From Candidatus Nanohaloarchaea archaeon (GTDB lineage: Archaea; Nanohalarchaeota; Nanosalinia; Nanosalinales; Nanosalinaceae), in NCBI GenBank assembly GCA_014297435.1, contig JACOQA010000002.1:32001-96000 (forward strand): DNA of 64,000 nucleotides, in the 5' to 3' direction. A program made the translations under genes and the position numbers. Positions 9,444 to 19,436 of this stretch are shown in pieces. The stretch's first letter is position 1. Each line of letters starts with the position of its first letter. The notes under the pieces are model-generated. The model was not told where the DNA came from. It saw only the letters and a program-made list of their open reading frames with translations, and did no database searches.

Positions 9444-12266
9444 ATGCCTACTACCAGAGTAATCGCTTTTTCATTCCTTACTGCAGCACTTCTAGCATTC
9501 TCCAGCTCAGCTTCCGCACAGAATATAGATCTAGAAAGCCTGAATACCCCTAATTCATGGAGCGGCGGCGATAAAGAAGGCGATATTCTACATATAAAGG
9601 CAGATCTCAATAACCAAGATACAATCCAAACTCTTTGGTTCGGCTCTCACATAAAAGGTACTGAATCCAAAGAGCTAGCTGCCGGAGGTTCAGGACACGA
9701 ATGGAAAATGAATGGTGTAAATACACGTCAAGATGGGCGTGTCACTGAATCATACCTGAATATTGGAAGCAACACGTGCGGTCTTTACCTAGTAGAGAAT
9801 GATGGTTGGGGATATCAGCGAGGTATGGTCCAGTATGGAGAAGGAACAATTATAGATGCCGATGGTCAACTAAGAGAACGAAACACCGTAAATTACCTGC
9901 TTCAACAGGATACAGACGGAAGCGGAACCCCTGCAGTCCACGACACATTGAAAGAAACCGGTTTTAGAGGTATGTCTTTCAATAATAACCTTGACTTTAA
10001 GCAAAGCGGTCTAAAAGAAATAAGATACTCTCTTCTCTGTGCGCCTGAACAGAACACTGACTATAATTCATGGCGTACGTGTCAAGGATCTAAGACGACT
10101 CATTTCGAAGATACGGTGACCGGTGATGTTTATCTTTGTGGAAGTGGAGACGATGACTGGGAAGTTAGAGAGGGTGCTGTAGGAAGTTGTGATAACGAAG
10201 GTGAGATAAAAAGTGTGGTAGCCCGAAGCTATCTCTGTGCGCCTAATTCTGATGGCGGAGGTAGTAGCTGGACTTACTGCTCAAATAGTGTGGAAGATAA
10301 GGTAATTGACTCAACTAGATATAGCTGCAATAACAATGAATGGAGTAAAGGCTCTGGCGTATGCAACACAGGTAATACGAAGACATGGGGCTCACAACTA
10401 AAATCGTCAGTAGAAGTGATTTGTAATGAAGATAGGGATTTCAAGTCTTGTGACCATACCTCAATCAGTCAAACAGTAGATATTGAGGGAACAACTTATA
10501 CTTGTGTAGCAGAACCAAGTTCTGGAGAACACAGCTGGGAATATACATGGACTAGTTCCCCCCCATCCACCGGAGAAATCGATACCGGCGTCACAGAACC
10601 CACAATAGTATTTAGTTCACCCAACTATGAGGACGCAACCTTTAATGCATGGGATGACCGAGAAAATGGAAATCCATCACTTACTCAGCATATTTACGGT
10701 AATGATGGATGGAAACAATGTAAAAGCGATACTGAGGAAGCCGCAAGTGTAGGAACCGATCTATATTCATGCCAGGAACAAGGCAATGATTATCTCTGGC
10801 AGCCTGCCGAGGTATCCTGTGATGCTGGCGCTACGAAAGATTCTCCTGATGGAATAAACGACAATTATCTCTGTACTGGGGATAACTGGATATCCTGCAC
10901 CACCGATACTTCTGTAGATGAAACTTACGGCGGGAAAACTTTCGCTTGTAACGTGGAAGAAGGTGCTAGAGGAAGCTTTGAGACCACTGGCTTCAGTTGT
11001 GGAGATACCACAAGCATAGCAGCCAGTATCTCTGAGAACAGTTATTCAAGTTTCCCTATTGAGATAAACGGCTGTACCTCTCAGAAACACTTTGTTGTGA
11101 AGCTGAAAAGCGGACTTCACGATGTAGAGTGGAACTACAGATACAACAAGGATCTAGACAATGCGGCTGAGAACGGCGTTCAATGTCTTCACCCCGCAAG
11201 CGTTGATTGCAGGATTGAAAACTTCGATATGGAAAGAGATGGAGACGAATTCACTATAACAATAAGTAACGACGATAACTCTCTACCTTGGGGTCCCAAG
11301 GATAATCCGAAAAGCGAGGGTCAGCCCGTACCTTACGATATCTCTCTTGTAGCATATGACGGATCGACCTCGGGTACAACAGCTTGGAGAAACAGTCCTC
11401 TGACTGAAGTCTGCTCCTCAACCGGGATGTGTACCTCAAATGACGTGGTCAATGATTTAGAGACCACTGTAGGAATCGTCGAACACAGTTATGGAGAACC
11501 AATTACGTTAAGTCCGGGTCAACAAGTTCATCTCTCCGGAAAAAGCTCTCAAGTGGCCTGTGCTGAAAAAATAACGTTTGGCGGACCTACAACAAGCAGA
11601 GGAATTTACTTTGGAGATGGAACAGGTCCAAGGAATAGCTACACCCTTAATCAGATAGAAGACAGTTTACCTAGTTCCAGTAATTCGGATTCAAGTAGCG
11701 AACCAGTCGAGATAAATGTAGAGGATACATTTGCGGAGACAAGCAACGTAGTAACATTTGCGAGAGACACAACGATCGAAGTCTTAGGCTATACAAATCA
11801 GGGATCCGACAATCAAAGGCTTAGAATTAGACCTGTTTGTAATGAAGGAAGCGGTTCAGGTTCCGAATCCGGGGAGTCAGGTTCAGATGATTCAGCTCCA
11901 GGCTCCACGGTTGTAACTTCCTTTGAAAGTACAGATGAAGCATGGGCTGAAGCTTGTGTAGATGGTGCAGATTACGGATCATCGGACGAAAACAGTGATT
12001 CGGAGCAGTCAGATGACTCAGGCGGTTCTGATTTCTGTGAATCCGAAGATTCTCAAATCACGGTCGATGAGATTGTATCCACTTTGAGACCGTGCATAAG
12101 TGGAAATATGCCAAAAGATAAATCGCCGGCTTATACCGACATGGGATGTTATGAAATACTGAAAAGTTACTGTGAGAACGCCGGTACCTTGAGCTACAAT
12201 GGACCTTCATCGCTTGAAGGCGTTGAAACGAAGATCGATAACACTTGCAGCAGGGGTGGACCTTAG
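9444..12266 (+). CDS. Large secreted cysteine-rich surface protein
   Basis: Signal peptide (IAFSFLTAALLAFSSSASA|Q), 32 Cys counted, recurring Y-x-C...W-x-x-C units, Ser/Gly/Asp linkers; ATG 9444 about 28 nt after TTTTTATT. Confidence 0.85.
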   Translation: MPTTRVIAFSFLTAALLAFSSSASAQNIDLESLNTPNSWSGGDKEGDILHIKADLNNQDTIQTLWFGSHIKGTESKELAAGGSGHEWKMNGVNTRQDGRVTESYLNIGSNTCGLYLVENDGWGYQRGMVQYGEGTIIDADGQLRERNTVNYLLQQDTDGSGTPAVHDTLKETGFRGMSFNNNLDFKQSGLKEIRYSLLCAPEQNTDYNSWRTCQGSKTTHFEDTVTGDVYLCGSGDDDWEVREGAVGSCDNEGEIKSVVARSYLCAPNSDGGGSSWTYCSNSVEDKVIDSTRYSCNNNEWSKGSGVCNTGNTKTWGSQLKSSVEVICNEDRDFKSCDHTSISQTVDIEGTTYTCVAEPSSGEHSWEYTWTSSPPSTGEIDTGVTEPTIVFSSPNYEDATFNAWDDRENGNPSLTQHIYGNDGWKQCKSDTEEAASVGTDLYSCQEQGNDYLWQPAEVSCDAGATKDSPDGINDNYLCTGDNWISCTTDTSVDETYGGKTFACNVEEGARGSFETTGFSCGDTTSIAASISENSYSSFPIEINGCTSQKHFVVKLKSGLHDVEWNYRYNKDLDNAAENGVQCLHPASVDCRIENFDMERDGDEFTITISNDDNSLPWGPKDNPKSEGQPVPYDISLVAYDGSTSGTTAWRNSPLTEVCSSTGMCTSNDVVNDLETTVGIVEHSYGEPITLSPGQQVHLSGKSSQVACAEKITFGGPTTSRGIYFGDGTGPRNSYTLNQIEDSLPSSSNSDSSSEPVEINVEDTFAETSNVVTFARDTTIEVLGYTNQGSDNQRLRIRPVCNEGSGSGSESGESGSDDSAPGSTVVTSFESTDEAWAEACVDGADYGSSDENSDSEQSDDSGGSDFCESEDSQITVDEIVSTLRPCISGNMPKDKSPAYTDMGCYEILKSYCENAGTLSYNGPSSLEGVETKIDNTCSRGGP

Positions 12267-12529
12267 TGAATAGAACAATAGGACTTCTACTTTCGTTCAT
12301 GGTGATGATGCTTATTGCCGTAACGGTGTTATCGGCATCAACCGGTTTTCTGTCTGACTTCGGCGATTCCGGAGATAATATCCAGGACACGGGCTGTAAC
12401 TTCCAGCAGGGACAAAACGCTGATTACGAGGATTTGAGCGATGACTGCAAGCCGGAATCAGAGCAAGATTATCATTACGGACAGGCATATTCTCTGGCTG
12501 CTGGCGGTCAGTCTGAAGATGGTGGTTGA
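12266..12529 (+). CDS. Small membrane-anchored or pilin-like protein with a Cys pair
   Basis: GTG overlaps the upstream stop (TAGTG); N-terminal hydrophobic helix then acidic domain with two Cys. Confidence 0.65.
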   Translation: MNRTIGLLLSFMVMMLIAVTVLSASTGFLSDFGDSGDNIQDTGCNFQQGQNADYEDLSDDCKPESEQDYHYGQAYSLAAGGQSEDGG

Positions 12530-13203
12530 AATCTTTGAACTGACTGCTTCAGGATTTCCTCCATCTCTTTCTCATCGTTCCTCTCGATCGCAAGTCGGTA
12601 CTTTTTGTCCATCGAGTAAAGCTCTCCTTTGAAATCTTGGACTTTGATTTCTGTGCTGTTAACAAGCATTTTCCCGTTTTTGAACTCTCCTTTCTCATCA
12701 AAGAGTGCTGCTAATTCAGTTCTGTAGTTCTGTTTTTTGAGAATCTCCTGTAGGAGTTTGGGGTAGCGTAGCTCGTAGGCATCTCTGCTGTAAATTTTGT
12801 AGGGTATTTCTCCGAGCTGTTCAAGTAATTCTTTGAAGCGTTCGAGGAGCGATCTTTCCTGCGTGCGGTACACGGGTGTTCCTTCTTTGTTCACTGAGGC
12901 TGATGCGCTTATCCTTGTTAAAAGTTCAGAACTTGGTTCAAGTGGAAGTTTGAGCTTCAAGGGTTTTGCGTTCGAGCCTGCTTTCAATGCTTCTACTTTG
13001 AAGTCGTTGAGAAGTTGGTTGACAAATTTGAGTGGTATGAAGCAGTCCTTTGATCTCCAGTTGTACAGTTTGGTCCTTGAGAAATCTGTCTTTTTTGCGG
13101 TTGCGGTTACACTTTCTTTTTCTACTTTGTTCCAGAGTCTTTCTTCATCGTTCTCTGAAAGTTTAATTCTCGTGTTTTTGGGTAGGTCGCTGACCTCAAT
13201 CAT
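12508..13203 (-). CDS. HTH plus degenerate LAGLIDADG-like DNA-binding protein
   Basis: Lys-rich; HTH-like VTATAKKTDFSRTKLYNW; LLERFKELLEQLG...YELRY; shares a block with the 48862-49347 ORF. Confidence 0.55.
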   Translation of the reverse strand: MIEVSDLPKNTRIKLSENDEERLWNKVEKESVTATAKKTDFSRTKLYNWRSKDCFIPLKFVNQLLNDFKVEALKAGSNAKPLKLKLPLEPSSELLTRISASASVNKEGTPVYRTQERSLLERFKELLEQLGEIPYKIYSRDAYELRYPKLLQEILKKQNYRTELAALFDEKGEFKNGKMLVNSTEIKVQDFKGELYSMDKKYRLAIERNDEKEMEEILKQSVQRFQPPSSD

Positions 13204-13273
13204 CTGTACTGATCTATGTGGAGAGTCTTTTTAAGAGTCATATCCTCTTTCTCGGGTATAAGGTGAATCAATT

Positions 13274-13585
13274 ATGGAACTAGTATACGCAGCACTTACA
13301 CTACACGAAGCAGGTAAAGAAGTAAACGAAGACAACCTAAACGAGATCGTCGACGCAGCAGATCTAGATGTCGAAGACTCCGAGATCGCAGCACTAGTCG
13401 CAGCACTCGAAGACGTCGATATCGAAGAAGCTATGGAGACGGCAGTTGCAGCAGGCGGCGCAGCCGCAGCACCAGCAGGCGGAGACGAAGAGGCTGAATC
13501 CGAAGAAGAGGAAGCAGAAGAAGAGGAAGAAGAGGACGAAGCTGACGAGGACGAAGCAGCTGAAGGACTTGGAAGCATGTTCTAA
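13274..13585 (+). CDS. rpl12: 50S ribosomal protein L12 (P1/P2)
   Basis: MELVYAALTLHEAGKEVNE, Ala hinge, EAAEGLGSMF; SD AGGTGA. Confidence 0.98.
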   Translation: MELVYAALTLHEAGKEVNEDNLNEIVDAADLDVEDSEIAALVAALEDVDIEEAMETAVAAGGAAAAPAGGDEEAESEEEEAEEEEEEDEADEDEAAEGLGSMF

Positions 13586-13669
13586 GTCCAAACCAGTTCT
13601 TCCACATTTTATTCCTTTCTTTCATTCTCTCCAAGTTTTTAAACAGTTGAACGTTAATTAGATACTGAT

Positions 13670-14527
13670 ATGTCCCTAGATATTGTGGACACGATTAAAT
13701 CAACTTTCGGAAGATTCAAAACCGGCGCAGGTCTAGGCGTACTAGGAATAGTCCTAGTGCTCGGACTTTTAGGACTTGGATTCACCTTCGTGCTACCCGA
13801 CCTAGTTTCGATGGGCGGCGCAGGAATCCTAGCAGCCGGAATCGCAGCCGTTGTAATGGGCATTATCGGCCTTGTAGTAACAGTGGGTGCGATCAGAAGC
13901 CTTGAATCAGGCAGTCTTGATGTAGAGAACTTTACATCGAACGTTGTAAGACCTTCACTAAGCTACATTGGAGCTTACATAGTAATAGCTGTCTTCACGT
14001 TCATTGCTCTAATAATCGGCAGCTTCGCAATCGGCGCAGTAGCCGTTGTACTGGCTCAGCTTGGAGTAGTTGAGATGATAGGTATTTCAACACTGATGAG
14101 CCTTGCACCGACACTTGGAGCGATCGCAGCAGGAGTCGCAGGTCTTTTCGCGCTATATCCTCTTCTAACGCTTTCGATCTCGGTCCCTAGGATCGCGGTC
14201 GACGACGAGAGGATGTTCGAAGCGCTTGACAACTCAGTTGTAACCACTAGTGGTTCGAAGCTGGCTATGTTCCTAGCCTCACTTCCAATCCTAGTGCTTT
14301 ACATCGTCAATAGGGCGACAGCGAACATGGCAGTTCCATCCTCACAGATGGCTGGAACAACAGGACAGCTAGGAGCACAGTACGGCAGCCAGATGCCATC
14401 ACAGAGTTTAAGCTCTATGATGACACCTGAACTAGGACCGGCGATTGTAATGATCGTTGTCGGAGCATTCTTCACTACTTCGCTCTACTCGTTCCTAGTC
14501 GAGCTGAACCAGAGACTTCCGGAGTAA
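13670..14527 (+). CDS. Polytopic membrane protein
   Basis: About 6 hydrophobic helices; FEALDNS...TSG loop typical of DUF7847/UPF0259-like membrane families (inference). Confidence 0.75.
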   Translation: MSLDIVDTIKSTFGRFKTGAGLGVLGIVLVLGLLGLGFTFVLPDLVSMGGAGILAAGIAAVVMGIIGLVVTVGAIRSLESGSLDVENFTSNVVRPSLSYIGAYIVIAVFTFIALIIGSFAIGAVAVVLAQLGVVEMIGISTLMSLAPTLGAIAAGVAGLFALYPLLTLSISVPRIAVDDERMFEALDNSVVTTSGSKLAMFLASLPILVLYIVNRATANMAVPSSQMAGTTGQLGAQYGSQMPSQSLSSMMTPELGPAIVMIVVGAFFTTSLYSFLVELNQRLPE

Positions 14528-14600
14528 AAACAACATTTCCATTTCTTTCTCTTTTTCTCAGACCTACACGATAAAAAATTTCCCGAGAACCTAGGTTGTT

Positions 14601-17399
14601 ATGAAAGGTCTCGAGCAGTTAAAGAAAGAGATAAAGGAGGAAGCATCCGACAACCCTGAAAAGTTCTTCGCTACTGACGTTCTTAGAGAGAAAGGGTTCT
14701 CGAGAGCCGAATGTGAGAACTGCGGCATGTACTTCTGGTCAGCGGATGAAGAAAGAAATGTCTGCGGCGAACCGGAATGCTCAGGCGGTTATACGTTCAT
14801 TAATGATTCTCCCTCTGAGAAGAATTTGAACTATGTAGAGACCTGGAAAGAATTTTCTGGTTTTATGGAGGAAAGAGGCTACCACTCCATTCCACGCTAT
14901 CCTACAATTGCTAGATGGAGAGATGATGAAGAGTTTACAGGAGCCTCGATTTACTGTTTCCAGCCCTACGTTGTTTCAGGGGAGGCAGAACCCCCAGCAC
15001 CGGAACTGGTAATTCCTCAACCGTGCCTAAGATTCAACGATGTTGATAACGTCGGTATTACCGGAAGACATTATACTAATTTTATCATGGTCGGTCAGGC
15101 ATGTTTCCAGCCACCTGAAAACTATGATCAGGATCGTTACTTCCGCGATATGTTCGAATACGTTACTGAAAGCCTTCAGATACCTGAAGAAAAACTGGTT
15201 TTACACGAGGACTCTTGGGGTGGCGGAGGAAATCTCGGGGCCTCGATGGAGTTCTTTGTCGACGGTCTAGAACTTTTTAACCAGGTCTACATGTTCTACG
15301 AGATCACCCACAACGGTTACGAGGAACTGGACCAGAGAGTGCTTGACATGGGAATGGGTCAGAACCGGATCACCTGGATCATGAACGGTACGGAGACCAG
15401 CTATGAGTCGGTAATGCATGAAACTGTGAAGAAGATGAAAGAAAGGACAGGACTCGAGGTCAATCAAGAGGTCTGGCAGAAGTTCCTTCCACACAGCTCC
15501 GAGCTTAACGTCGATGAAGTCGAGGATATCGACGATAAATGGAGAGAGATTGCTTCGGAGATAGAGGAAGATGTTGACGAACTAAAGGAATATATTAAGC
15601 CGTCTGCAGCTCTTTACTCAATCGCAGACCATACAAGAGCTTTACTTTTTGCTTTAGCGGATGGAAAGCTTCCTTCCAACACAGGAGGAGGTCACAACCT
15701 TAGAATGATCTTCAGAAGATCTATGGACTTCATCGAGAAATACGACTGGGATCTCGAGTTGACAGAGGTAGCGGAATGGCACGCAGAAGAGCTAAAGCCT
15801 TTGTTCCCAGAACTCGAGGAGAAACTACCGGAAGTTAAGGAGATAATTGAAGTCGAGAAAGAGAAATACGAGAAGTCACGGACGAACGCCGTAAAGAGAC
15901 TGAAGAAGATAAATGACCAGCCTTCAGTCGAGGAGATGGTCGAGCTTTACGAAAGCCACGGTGTTTCACCTGAAATGATGGAGGAGCACGGTTTCGAGGT
16001 GCCTGAAGACTTTTACTCTCGGATCGCATCTGAAGACGAACAGGTTAAACAGGAGGAGGAAAAGTTCGATCTTTCGGACGTTGAGAAGACCGAACTATTG
16101 TTTTACAAGAATGAGAAGCAGAGAGAGTTCGAGGCAGAGATAATCGGGGAGAGAAACAAATGGATCATACTCGATAGAACCTGTTTCTACCCTGAAGGCG
16201 GAGGTCAGGATCCTGACCACGGAACACTGAAAGTGGAAGACGGAGAGTTCGAAGTAACTGATGTCCAGAAACAGGACAATATTGTTCTACACAAAGTTTC
16301 GCGGAACAGCGAAGGAGGTCTGCCCAAGGTCGGTCAAACTGTTAAAGGAGTTATTGACTGGGATAGAAGGCTTCAGTTGATGCAGCACCATACTTCGACA
16401 CACCTGGTTAACGGCGCAGCAAAAAGTGTGTTAGGCGATCATATCTGGCAGGCAGGAGCTCACAAAACCATTGAGAAGGGAAGACTCGACGTAACACATT
16501 ACGAGAAGCTTTCGAGAGATAAGCTGGATGAGATAGAGGAAGAAGTGAGGGAAACCATCATGGGAGACCTTAATGTTGAGAAACAGGTCTTGGAGAAGTC
16601 TGTTGCCGAGGAAAAGTATGGTTTCCGGATCTACCAAGGAGGTGCACCTCCAGGAAACGAGGTAAGAATCGTTACGATCAAAGACGGAGATGAAATATTC
16701 GATGTCGAGGCGTGCGGCGGAACACATCTTGAATCTGCCTCCGAGGCCGACTGGTTTGTTGTAACCGGTTCTACCAAGGTTCAGGACGGCGTTATCAGGC
16801 TTAACTACAAGGCAGGAGAAGCCGCACAGAGCTACGTGCAGAAGGTTGAAGACCGGGTCGAGCGGATCGCGGAAAGGCTTGGAGCCAAAGAACATTCTGA
16901 CTTTAGAGAGGTTCAGAGAGAGCTTGAAACTGTTTTCTCTGTTGAACCAGACCAGTTGGAAAACACGGTTGATAACTTCCTCGAAGATCTTGACTCCTTA
17001 GAAACCAAGATAAGAAAGCTCGAACGCTACCTTGAGACAGATACGGAACTTGAAACACTTGAAGGAGAAACAATAGTGGAGAGAGCTAACTCGGTTTTCG
17101 AGGTTAGGAAGGAAAGAGAGAAACAGCTCGAAGAACTAGAATCAGAATTAGAATCTTACGTCCATCAACTGATGGAGGATCGTAGGGTTGAGGAAGAGGT
17201 TCCGACCTCGAACGTCGGCTTGTTGATCCAGATCGCGAGAAAACTAGCTAAAAAGGAATCTGCTTCAGTAACACTTCTAGGCGAGAAAGGTGCTGTATCG
17301 GCTTCGTACCATGAAGATTTCGATGCGGATGAGAACCTTGAGAAGTACTCGGAAAATGTTCAGGGCGATGAGAACTTCGCGAAAGCCTTCGATATCTAG
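14601..17399 (+). CDS. alaS: Alanyl-tRNA synthetase (archaeal, unsplit)
   Basis: N-terminal CxxC; ARWRDD, PQPCLRFND, GRHYTNF, WGGGGNLG, IADHTR, FYPEGGGQ, HTSTH, CGGTH. Confidence 0.97.
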   Translation: MKGLEQLKKEIKEEASDNPEKFFATDVLREKGFSRAECENCGMYFWSADEERNVCGEPECSGGYTFINDSPSEKNLNYVETWKEFSGFMEERGYHSIPRYPTIARWRDDEEFTGASIYCFQPYVVSGEAEPPAPELVIPQPCLRFNDVDNVGITGRHYTNFIMVGQACFQPPENYDQDRYFRDMFEYVTESLQIPEEKLVLHEDSWGGGGNLGASMEFFVDGLELFNQVYMFYEITHNGYEELDQRVLDMGMGQNRITWIMNGTETSYESVMHETVKKMKERTGLEVNQEVWQKFLPHSSELNVDEVEDIDDKWREIASEIEEDVDELKEYIKPSAALYSIADHTRALLFALADGKLPSNTGGGHNLRMIFRRSMDFIEKYDWDLELTEVAEWHAEELKPLFPELEEKLPEVKEIIEVEKEKYEKSRTNAVKRLKKINDQPSVEEMVELYESHGVSPEMMEEHGFEVPEDFYSRIASEDEQVKQEEEKFDLSDVEKTELLFYKNEKQREFEAEIIGERNKWIILDRTCFYPEGGGQDPDHGTLKVEDGEFEVTDVQKQDNIVLHKVSRNSEGGLPKVGQTVKGVIDWDRRLQLMQHHTSTHLVNGAAKSVLGDHIWQAGAHKTIEKGRLDVTHYEKLSRDKLDEIEEEVRETIMGDLNVEKQVLEKSVAEEKYGFRIYQGGAPPGNEVRIVTIKDGDEIFDVEACGGTHLESASEADWFVVTGSTKVQDGVIRLNYKAGEAAQSYVQKVEDRVERIAERLGAKEHSDFREVQRELETVFSVEPDQLENTVDNFLEDLDSLETKIRKLERYLETDTELETLEGETIVERANSVFEVRKEREKQLEELESELESYVHQLMEDRRVEEEVPTSNVGLLIQIARKLAKKESASVTLLGEKGAVSASYHEDFDADENLEKYSENVQGDENFAKAFDI

Positions 17400-18037
17400 T
17401 AAGGTCTTTCCGAGACGTAGCGCATGCACTCAGCCGGATGGAACCTTACACGGTTTCCTACGGCATCAACTATCATCTCCTTTTCTCCTATAAACGTGGC
17501 TTGAGATTCTCCAAGCTTCTTGTTGTCCTGCCAGACCTCTAATATCGCTATCGACTTGTTTCTAACAACTTCTACCTGTGCAACTGTCTGGTCGTTCTCC
17601 ACAGAAACATCTTGAACCATAACTCCTACGTCTCTACATCCTTTCAAATGCTCGTTCGAGAGAAGTCCGTTAACAGCTTCCTGACCTACAAAAGCATAGC
17701 CTCCTACCAGAAGTAGAACCACTAGTAATGCTGCTCCCGGCTTAACAAGTCTCGAGGTATCGAAATCAATGTCTTTCAACCTGTTTAGTATAATTGATTC
17801 GGATTCCTCTTTTTCTTGAGAATCGTGAGAACGTTCCTGTTCTACAGTATTGCCTGGTTCTTCTGTCTCTCCAAAGAAGTCTTCCGTTTCTTCCTTATCT
17901 GTAGCATCAAAAGGATCCTGGACTTCGTCGACTAGTGAAGGATCGTGGTCTTTCTCTTCTAAAACGTTCTTTATCCGGTCTCTCTCGACGCCTTCCTCCA
18001 ACTTCTTCTCAATCCAGGCTCTTATCTTGTCCTCCAT
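17396..18037 (-). CDS. Single-pass membrane protein
   Basis: Acidic N-domain, TM (AALLVVLLLVGGYAFV), beta-rich C-domain with two Cys. Confidence 0.7.
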   Translation of the reverse strand: MEDKIRAWIEKKLEEGVERDRIKNVLEEKDHDPSLVDEVQDPFDATDKEETEDFFGETEEPGNTVEQERSHDSQEKEESESIILNRLKDIDFDTSRLVKPGAALLVVLLLVGGYAFVGQEAVNGLLSNEHLKGCRDVGVMVQDVSVENDQTVAQVEVVRNKSIAILEVWQDNKKLGESQATFIGEKEMIVDAVGNRVRFHPAECMRYVSERPY

Positions 18038-18077
18038 AACTGTTTCAAACCGGTTATAGAATAAAAAGGAAGAGGGT

Positions 18078-18584
18078 TTAAAGGCAGTTAGCTGCCTGAT
18101 CCCCTAAAGTCGCGAAAACTTTACATGCTGACGAGGAGATCGTTGAAGTTGAGACGTTCGAAACCGTTGTAACTCCCTGCCTTGAACCTCCTATAACGAC
18201 CGCCTTCGGAAACTCTGTGATCCCGTAGTTGTAAAGCACGTCGTTCGTACTCGAGGAGTTCACCAGGTTGACGTAGACCCTGTTTCCGAAGTCCTGGGGA
18301 ACTGATTCAAGCTGCTTCATGTCCTCGAACTGTGACTGGTTCGAGTAGAACGAGTTCACGAAAACTATGTCGTTCTGTACTGCCAGAACTCTTTGCTCTC
18401 TTGCTGAAAGACTGTAAGAGCTTTCCATATAGTTCTGTGACGGAAGCGTTGCGTTGAATTCCTGCTGCTGGTTGTTGGATCCGCCTCCGCCGGTTATACC
18501 GGAGAACTGTGCGATACCTCCGAACGCGAATCCTCCCGCGATCGAAAGCCCGATGATCAGTATAAATATCTGCTGTAAGTCCAT
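18078..18584 (-). CDS. Membrane-anchored exported protein, possibly thioredoxin-like without CxxC
   Basis: N-terminal TM; YGITEFPKAVVIG resembles the thioredoxin cis-Pro loop. Confidence 0.65.
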   Translation of the reverse strand: MDLQQIFILIIGLSIAGGFAFGGIAQFSGITGGGGSNNQQQEFNATLPSQNYMESSYSLSAREQRVLAVQNDIVFVNSFYSNQSQFEDMKQLESVPQDFGNRVYVNLVNSSSTNDVLYNYGITEFPKAVVIGGSRQGVTTVSNVSTSTISSSACKVFATLGDQAANCL

Positions 18585-18703
18585 ACCACTAAAGTCGGGT
18601 GGAACGGATAAAAGCTTAGTCCTGGTTTGAAACCGCTTTTCTCCAAAACTCTGGACATAGATTGTGAACAGAGTTAAGAAGTTTCGACCCGTTTCTATTC
18701 TGT

Positions 18704-19102
18704 ATGATAGTAGGATTTAATATCGATAGCCTTGAAGCTGACAAGAAGCAGGGCGCCGCAAACGGCGACCTACAGGTCAACTATGCACCTAAAATCGACG
18801 AAGTTGAGAGAGCAACCGTAAACGCTTTCGAAGATGAAGTTGCGAAGATCGACTTCACGTTCACAGTAAACTATACTGTCGGAAATACTGTAGGTGCAAA
18901 GATCGAGATGTCCGGAAACGTTCTCTGGAAAGGAGATACAGAAGAAGTAATTGAGTCATGGGAGGAAGATGAGTCGCTTCCTGAATCTGTTGAAGCACCA
19001 CTAATGAACGATCTTTACCGTAAATGTCTCTCACAGGCAGTCGGTGTCGCGGACACGCTAGGGCTTCTTCCGCCTATCCCTACACCAAGGGTCGACAACT
19101 AG
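18704..19102 (+). CDS. Conserved archaeal protein, possible SecB-like fold
   Basis: MIVGFNI...FTFTVNY...IEMSGNV...LGLLPPIPTP. Confidence 0.7.
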   Translation: MIVGFNIDSLEADKKQGAANGDLQVNYAPKIDEVERATVNAFEDEVAKIDFTFTVNYTVGNTVGAKIEMSGNVLWKGDTEEVIESWEEDESLPESVEAPLMNDLYRKCLSQAVGVADTLGLLPPIPTPRVDN

Positions 19103-19181
19103 ACCATATTTTCTCCTAAATTTTTCTTTTTATCGTGGAGATCCAGGAAATCACTTACAGATATAACGGCGTTATACTTCT

Positions 19182-19436
19182 ATGGCTGGAACCGGAATAG
19201 ACAGGAGATTAACAGAAAAAGTATTCAAGCTCAGAGTAACAAAGAAGATTATGCCTATCAAAAAATTCCTTTCAGTAGCTTACAAGAAGTTGAAGAGAGG
19301 TAAAGAAAGCTTTTTAGAGAAAATCTCGGGACAAGATAAGCAGAACCTTGAACAGTTCAGCGGAGCCTTTCCCGAGATAGGCGAAATCGAAGAACAGCTC
19401 GAAAGCGAAAGAGAAGACCTCGAACTAAGAATTTAG
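19182..19436 (+). CDS. Degenerate orphan VapB-like (DUF217-type) antitoxin
   Basis: AYKKLKRGKESF...LEQFSGAF...IEEQLESERE pattern; alternative start ATG 19251; no PIN gene follows. Confidence 0.45.
   Translation: MAGTGIDRRLTEKVFKLRVTKKIMPIKKFLSVAYKKLKRGKESFLEKISGQDKQNLEQFSGAFPEIGEIEEQLESEREDLELRI

Noticed and set aside
14601-17399. Split AlaRS as in Nanoarchaeum
   Set aside because: Single continuous ORF with catalytic and editing domains; only the C-terminal domain looks divergent.
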